NCBI GenBank assembly: GCA_027084135.1
Contig: JALWLO010000025.1
Coordinates: 3,026 to 67,025 of the forward strand
Direction: 5' to 3'
Length of the DNA stretch: 64,000 nucleotides
Origin: Campylobacterales bacterium
GTDB lineage: Bacteria > Campylobacterota > Campylobacteria > Campylobacterales > QNZT01
The notes under the pieces were generated by a model, which searched no databases, was not told the DNA's origin, and saw only the letters and a list, made by a program, of their open reading frames with translations. Position numbers and translations under genes: made by a program. Below are positions 58,867 through 64,000 of the stretch, piece after piece (the stretch's first letter is position 1; each line of letters begins with the position of its first letter).

Positions 58867-59836
58867 TTTTCACGCCCATCTCTTAAGCAGTGACCTTGAA
58901 TTTCACAGAGTATACGACAAAGTGGCGCTCAAACTCTTTGGCAAAAGATTCGGCATCGATACCGAACTAGCCAAAAGATCTCCCTATGAAGCATACAAAA
59001 AAGCGTTAGTACGAAATATCAAAAACTCCAAAAAGCTAAACAAAAGTGTCATATTCGGTGTTGATGGAAAATATGATCAAAATGGTAACTTTATCGAAAG
59101 AGATCAAACCGTCTGCGCCTCCAATGAAGCGGTATGGAAGCTTTATCGGGAAAATCAGGATATTTTCATCCCCTTTTTTAGTATCAACCCTTTGCGAAAA
59201 GATGCACTTGATGAGGTACAAAAATATCACACACTAGGTTTTAAAGGAGCCAAATTTCTACAAAATTATTGGCAAGTAGATACAAATGATCCAAGATTGA
59301 TACCCTATTATGAACTGCTCAAAGCACTCAATCTCCCCCTTATCATACATGTAGGAAGTGAGAGTTCCGTAAGTTCAAACAAAAGATTTGAGTCTTTGGA
59401 TATGATAAAGTTAGCGCTTGAAGTAGGTGTCACGGTCGTGGTAGCTCATATGGCGCTTGATTATGAGAGGGTAAAGTTTTTAAATGCCTTTTCAAGGGAT
59501 CCGAGCAAATTCAATAAAGACTACTACAGACTACTTGAATGGCTCAAAACGATCCCCCATCTCTATGCGGATCTCTCAGCGATATTAACGCCTGTGAGAG
59601 CCAAGGTATTGCCCCATCTATCAAAAGAGAAGGATATCCACCCTAAACTGCTCTTTGCGACAGACTTTCCTGTCCCCTACTCTATCCTCTTTAATAGTTA
59701 TGATCTTCCGATAACAAAGAGGATTGAGTTTTCAAAGATAGTTAACCACTATGATAGATATATAGCGATATTGGAGTACTATTTTGGAAAAGAGAGTGAC
59801 ATTTTCACCAACTACCAAAAACTTTTAGCCTTTTAA
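58859..59836 (+). CDS. Metal-dependent amidohydrolase-fold (TIM-barrel) hydrolase
   Basis: 325 aa, GTG start overlapping the aas stop. N-terminal VDFHAHLL metal-binding motif, with later H and D ligands (IIHVG, VVAHMA, LFATDFP). Confidence 0.65.
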   Translation: MVDFHAHLLSSDLEFHRVYDKVALKLFGKRFGIDTELAKRSPYEAYKKALVRNIKNSKKLNKSVIFGVDGKYDQNGNFIERDQTVCASNEAVWKLYRENQDIFIPFFSINPLRKDALDEVQKYHTLGFKGAKFLQNYWQVDTNDPRLIPYYELLKALNLPLIIHVGSESSVSSNKRFESLDMIKLALEVGVTVVVAHMALDYERVKFLNAFSRDPSKFNKDYYRLLEWLKTIPHLYADLSAILTPVRAKVLPHLSKEKDIHPKLLFATDFPVPYSILFNSYDLPITKRIEFSKIVNHYDRYIAILEYYFGKESDIFTNYQKLLAF

Positions 59837-59837
59837 C

Positions 59838-59918
59838 CCAAGTTTTGTATCAGCCGATGATCAAGACATCTGATAAACCTTTTAATGCAAAATTTGGCTT
59901 TAACCCATATTTTGGGTT
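59838..59918. other. Nested inverted repeats between convergent genes (possible bidirectional terminator; contains a copy of the 34-nt repeat)
   Basis: CCAAGTTTTG (59839-59848) pairs 9/10 with CAAAATTTGG (59888-59897). Inner TATCAG/CTGATA pair. Separate AACCCA-TATTT-TGGGTT hairpin at 59902-59918. Confidence 0.4.
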
Positions 59919-61765
59919 CAAACAAGAGCCGGCAACTTTGCTTCCTGCTTTAACAACTTCTCCTCATCTATCGGTTCGCTAAAATAGTAGCCTTGAAACT
60001 CATCTATCCCTATCTTTTGAGAGACTTCAAAGACCTCTTTAGAGTGCACAAACTCAGCTATCGTTTTAATTCCTAGCGATGATGCCAAGGTTACGATAGA
60101 ACTCACCAGTTTATAGGAGTTAGTATTCTTATCGATCTCCTTGATCAAAGAACCGTCGATCTTAAGATAATCAGGAAAGATATCAAGAATATTTGTAAAG
60201 TTTGAAAAGCCGCTTCCAAAATCATCTATCGCGATTTTGACTCCCATCTCTTTAAATTGATTTAAGACCCTTTTTAAGAGTGCGAAATCCTTCACATCTT
60301 CACTCTCTACAATCTCTAGTACTAATCTATGCGCCATATCATATGTTTTGATCAACTCTTTTAGTGTAGTCATTGTAGTACTATTTTTTATGTCGGAGTA
60401 TTGGAGATTGATAGAGATATCACTCTCAAGGTTTTTCATCGCGGCGAAACTCTTCTCTATCATGATCTTAGTCAGTGAGCTATACTGCTTTGTCTTTATG
60501 GCGATATCTAAAAACTTAAACGGAGATAGCACATTGATCCTGCCCCCTTCATCTCTCTCTTTGATCCTGATTAAAGCTTCATACTTTAGTGTATTGCCCT
60601 CTTTGTCAACAATCGGCTGAAAAAAAGGTACCACTCTATCTTCGTGGATAGCATCTTTGATCCTTTTTCGCCAAGAGAGTATATCAGCCAACTCTTTTTG
60701 GGAATCAAGCCCCTTGTAGTAGGCTTGATAATTTCTTCTCTCTTTTTTTGCATGTTTAAGCGCGATATTTGCCTTCTCTATCGCATGCTCCTTCTCCATA
60801 GAGATCGCTATCGTTGCATCAATTTCAAGATCTATATCTTCCTCATCATGACGGAAGGTAATCTTATAGGAGGTAATTCTCTCCATCAGATTTGTCACAT
60901 CTTCAAATATCTTATCAGGCATCGCAAACTTCTCTTTGCTTCTCAAAAAGAAACCGTCTGTATAGACATGATATGCTTCATAGTTATGCTCTTGGGCAAA
61001 GGCATCTAAAAGGGCGGCAAACTTTTTTAGTACTAAGTTTCCAACCTCTAAACCGTAGAGGTCGTTATAGTCTTGAAATTTATCGATATCGATCAACATA
61101 ATAGAGCTAAAAGATTTCTTGATATCCTCTTGCAGCGCATCCATATTTTTTAGACCGGTCAGTTTGTTGTGGTAGAGTTGATACTCCAACTCATTTGTTC
61201 TTTGCTTTACCATCGAGTCTAAATCAACATTCATCTTATACATACTTTCGATCAATCTATTATAGTAGAGTGACAGCACCAAAAATCCCACTAAAAGTGA
61301 GTATTTAAACTGAGGCATACTCTCCCAATGTTGATTAGTACTTGTTGCAATATAAAAGGCTACTGCTGTTAAAAGAAGTGTCGAGTAGAAATATTTTGGA
61401 CCAAATCGAACACCGTTACCCATCACTATCCACAACAGTAGCGGATATACAACACTACTGGATAAATCATTGAGATAAATAAATGTGGAGATAATAGAGA
61501 TATCGACCAAGTTTGTTACGGTTTGCCTTACCGTAAAATTAAAGTAACCCTTTTTAAGAATAAAAATAGCAAGCAAAGACAAGCCAAAATGTATACCGCC
61601 AAGCAGGATCAAATCCAACTTTACACTACTTTGCAAAGCGTAATCAATCAATAAATAGATAAAAAATAGTGATGATACAACTGCTCTTATATAGGTGTAT
61701 CTATGCTCATTACTTTTAGATACATTTTCCTTAAGCTTTTCTACTGCAAATCTTAACAAATTCAA
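59918..61765 (-). CDS. Membrane-anchored degenerate-GGDEF / EAL domain protein (probable c-di-GMP phosphodiesterase)
   Basis: 615 aa. About 5 N-terminal TM helices. The GGDEF site reads YTDGFF and the GD of the substrate loop is lost. The EAL domain is intact (YEALIRI, DDFGSGFSNF, LKIDGSLI, QGYYFSEP). Confidence 0.85.
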   Translation of the reverse strand: MNLLRFAVEKLKENVSKSNEHRYTYIRAVVSSLFFIYLLIDYALQSSVKLDLILLGGIHFGLSLLAIFILKKGYFNFTVRQTVTNLVDISIISTFIYLNDLSSSVVYPLLLWIVMGNGVRFGPKYFYSTLLLTAVAFYIATSTNQHWESMPQFKYSLLVGFLVLSLYYNRLIESMYKMNVDLDSMVKQRTNELEYQLYHNKLTGLKNMDALQEDIKKSFSSIMLIDIDKFQDYNDLYGLEVGNLVLKKFAALLDAFAQEHNYEAYHVYTDGFFLRSKEKFAMPDKIFEDVTNLMERITSYKITFRHDEEDIDLEIDATIAISMEKEHAIEKANIALKHAKKERRNYQAYYKGLDSQKELADILSWRKRIKDAIHEDRVVPFFQPIVDKEGNTLKYEALIRIKERDEGGRINVLSPFKFLDIAIKTKQYSSLTKIMIEKSFAAMKNLESDISINLQYSDIKNSTTMTTLKELIKTYDMAHRLVLEIVESEDVKDFALLKRVLNQFKEMGVKIAIDDFGSGFSNFTNILDIFPDYLKIDGSLIKEIDKNTNSYKLVSSIVTLASSLGIKTIAEFVHSKEVFEVSQKIGIDEFQGYYFSEPIDEEKLLKQEAKLPALV

Positions 61766-61851
61766 TCCTCACTTGGTACTTTTGTTCTAACTATATCGAC
61801 CAAATGGGGATTTATTTAATAAAAAAGCAACCTTGAGACTCAAATTAGGGG

Positions 61852-62562
61852 CTACTCTATATTGGTAAAAACCTCCAACACATCATCATCCTCTTCGAGT
61901 CTATCGATGAGCTTATCAACCTCCTCCAACTGCTCTTCGGTGAGCGAAATAGATTGATTAGGAACCCACTTCAAAGAGGACTTCTCCACCTCGATACCCC
62001 CCTCTTCCAGCGCTTTGCTTAAGGCTCCAAAACTCTTAAAATCACCGTATATGATGACGCTATCTCCCTCTATATCAACCTCTTCAAGCCCATGGTCGAT
62101 CAACTCCAGTTCAAGCTCTTCCATATCGATATTTTCAGGCTTTTTAAACTCAAATACCGCCTTTCTGGTAAACATAAATTCGAGTGAACCGCTATCTAAG
62201 AATTTTCCACCCCCTTTGTTGAAGTGATTTCTGATATTTGCGACGGTTCTGGTTGGATTGTCCGTCGCCGTCTCTACCATGATCAGCACCCCGTGCGGAC
62301 CCTTCCCCTCATAAGTGATCTCTTGGATGGTATCCGCCTCTTTGGATACGGCTCTTTTGATAGCCGCTTCAATGTTATCTTTTGGCATATTATTGGCTTT
62401 TGCGTTTTGGATGGCTGCTCTGAGCTTTGCATTCATCTCCGGATCTCCGCCACTCTCTTTTGCCGCCATAGTAATCGCTTTAGAGAGCTTTGGGAACAGT
62501 TTTGACATATTCCCCCATCTCTTTAGTTTCGCAGCTTTTCTATACTCAAACGCTCTTCCCAT
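61852..62562 (-). CDS. yebC: YebC/PmpR-family DNA-binding transcriptional regulator
   Basis: 236 aa. MGRAFEYRKAAKLKRWGNMSK and the family-typical three-domain pattern. Confidence 0.93.
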   Translation of the reverse strand: MGRAFEYRKAAKLKRWGNMSKLFPKLSKAITMAAKESGGDPEMNAKLRAAIQNAKANNMPKDNIEAAIKRAVSKEADTIQEITYEGKGPHGVLIMVETATDNPTRTVANIRNHFNKGGGKFLDSGSLEFMFTRKAVFEFKKPENIDMEELELELIDHGLEEVDIEGDSVIIYGDFKSFGALSKALEEGGIEVEKSSLKWVPNQSISLTEEQLEEVDKLIDRLEEDDDVLEVFTNIE

Positions 62563-62701
62563 TCTTCTCTATCCTTTACATCAATATTTATTTAACCATT
62601 ATATCAAATATCACTTTTATCTCTTTTATCACCTCTAAAGCGATTATGTTATAATATCTCGAAAAATTTTATCCCGTGCTTCGGGATTATAAAGGTAGAA
62701 A

Positions 62702-63631
62702 ATGCGAGGCTACAAAGTCTTTTCGGGTACTGCGAACGAGGAGTTTTCAAAATCTGTTGCAAAATATCTCTCTATGCCGCTTTCGGAGGCAAAGATACAG
62801 AGATTTAGCGACGGTGAGATATCTATCCAGATCAGCGAAAGTGTGAGAGGTCGGGATGTCTTTATCATCCAATCAACCTGCGCTCCGGCAAATGCCAACT
62901 TGATGGAGCTACTGATCATGACGGATGCACTAAAGAGAAGTTCCGCAAACTCTATCACCGCTATTATGCCCTACTTCGGCTATGCGAGACAAGATAGAAA
63001 AGCGGCTCCAAGAGTTCCTATCAGTGCGAAGCTTGTAGCGAATCTCCTTGAGACTGCCGGAATAGATAGGGTTGTCACGCTTGATCTACATGCCGGTCAG
63101 ATACAGGGATTTTTCGATATACCCGTGGATAACCTCTACGGTTCCATCGTCTTTAGAGACTATCTCAGAAGAAAAAATCTCAAAAACCCCATCATCGCCT
63201 CTCCCGATATCGGAGGTGTTGCAAGAGCACGAAGCTTTGCGAAAGATATGGAGCTAGATCTTGTAATTGTTGATAAGAGAAGAGAGAAGGCAAATGAGGC
63301 TGAGGTGATGAATATCATCGGAAATGTTGAGGGCAAAGATGTGATACTGATCGACGATATGATAGATACTGCAGGGACCATCGTTAAAGCTGCCGCCGCA
63401 CTGAAAGAGAGAGGTGCGACTTCTGTGATGGCGTTTTGTTCTCATCCCGTCCTTAGCGGTCCTGCACACGAAAGGATACTCAAAGGGGAACTTGATGAAC
63501 TCGTCGTAACCGATACCATACCGCTCAAACAAGAAAATCCAAAAATCACCGTACTCTCCGTCGCTCACCTCTTTAGCGAAGTGATTAGAAGAATCTATCA
63601 TAACGAGAGTGTAAACGGGTTATTCAACTAA
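62702..63631 (+). CDS. prs: Ribose-phosphate pyrophosphokinase
   Basis: 309 aa. [21 protein letters not shown] and the PRPP-binding [14 protein letters not shown] motif. Confidence 0.96.
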   Translation: MRGYKVFSGTANEEFSKSVAKYLSMPLSEAKIQRFSDGEISIQISESVRGRDVFIIQSTCAPANANLMELLIMTDALKRSSANSITAIMPYFGYARQDRKAAPRVPISAKLVANLLETAGIDRVVTLDLHAGQIQGFFDIPVDNLYGSIVFRDYLRRKNLKNPIIASPDIGGVARARSFAKDMELDLVIVDKRREKANEAEVMNIIGNVEGKDVILIDDMIDTAGTIVKAAAALKERGATSVMAFCSHPVLSGPAHERILKGELDELVVTDTIPLKQENPKITVLSVAHLFSEVIRRIYHNESVNGLFN

Positions 63632-64000
63632 TGCAAAAAAGAATCAGAAACTTTTCCATCATCGCCCATATAGACCACGGTAAAAGTACACTTGCAGATA
63701 GGCTTATCAGTGAGTGCGGCGCTATCACCGATCGAGAGATGAGCGACCAGGTAATGGATACGATGGATATCGAAAAAGAGAGAGGTATCACCATCAAAGC
63801 GCAAAGTGTGCGACTCAATTATGAAAAGGATGGGGAGATCTATACTCTCAATCTCATCGATACTCCTGGACATGTGGACTTCTCCTACGAAGTGAGCAGA
63901 AGCTTGGCTTCCAGTGAAGGGGCACTACTCGTTGTCGACGCCTCCCAAGGGGTAGAAGCTCAAACGATCGCCAATGTCTATATCGCACTTGACAATGACT
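63631..64000 (+). CDS. lepA: Elongation factor 4 (LepA), 3'-truncated by the window edge
   Basis: ATG overlaps the prs TAA by 1 nt (TAATG). [26 protein letters not shown]...DTPGHVDF is the canonical LepA G-domain. The frame is open to nt 64000. Confidence 0.95.
   Translation, partial: MQKRIRNFSIIAHIDHGKSTLADRLISECGAITDREMSDQVMDTMDIEKERGITIKAQSVRLNYEKDGEIYTLNLIDTPGHVDFSYEVSRSLASSEGALLVVDASQGVEAQTIANVYIALDND

Noticed and set aside
1-64000. CRISPR arrays, transposases or IS elements, prophage genes, toxin-antitoxin pairs, and restriction-modification or other defence genes.
   Set aside because: I found no regularly spaced direct repeats and no ORFs with nuclease, integrase, transposase or methyltransferase signatures. 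The window reads as housekeeping core genome.

Overview
This 64-kb window is AT-rich (about 40% GC by eye) and looks like core chromosome from a Campylobacterota (epsilonproteobacterial) genome. The assignment rests on gene content and on synteny I recall from Campylobacter and Helicobacter: PEB4-like PPIase next to fba, icd-mdh-sucCD-oorDABC, and an MtaB-like / FtsH-paralog / small-esterase trio. Coding density is very high, with about 58 CDSs, many overlapping by 4-29 nt.

Gene content:
- A plus-strand block at 0-11.7 kb: plsC, htpG, ilvBN, lpxD, and rpmH-rnpA-yidD-yidC-jag-mnmE.
- A 40-kb minus-strand run at 11.9-51.5 kb: kbp, mog, FtsH paralog, mtaB-like, mscS-family, aroB, S41 peptidase, TetR, hisD, fba, PEB4-like PPIase, FIST histidine kinase, ycjXF, the TCA block oorDABC-sucCD-fumarate hydratase-mdh-icd, mltG, mscL, acnB, ftsK, flgL.
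- A mixed tail: hup, tRNA-Leu(CAA), polA, a MerR regulator with an LplT-acyltransferase-Aas triple fusion and an amidohydrolase, a GGDEF/EAL protein, yebC, prs, and a partial lepA.

I see no CRISPR array, transposase, integrase, prophage or recognisable defence island, and no discrete gene-encoded novel system.

The strongest anomaly is at sequence level. An 8-bp palindrome TAGTACTA (consensus YTAGTACTAR) occurs about 30 times, against a rough expectation of about 2. It sits mostly inside genes, in both orientations and in two reading frames, which resembles cyanobacterial HIP1-type iterated palindromes.

Secondary observations:
- A shared GTTAC-N5-GTAAC palindrome lies upstream of both acnB and icd.
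- rnpA, mnmE and ftsK have homology-supported N-termini reachable only from ATT or ATA start codons.
- A 165-nt long-hairpin intergenic element lies between flgL and ftsK and is a candidate ncRNA.
- A 34-nt sequence is repeated downstream of two genes.
- Nested dyads sit at the MerR promoter.

All counts were made by eye and should be recomputed.
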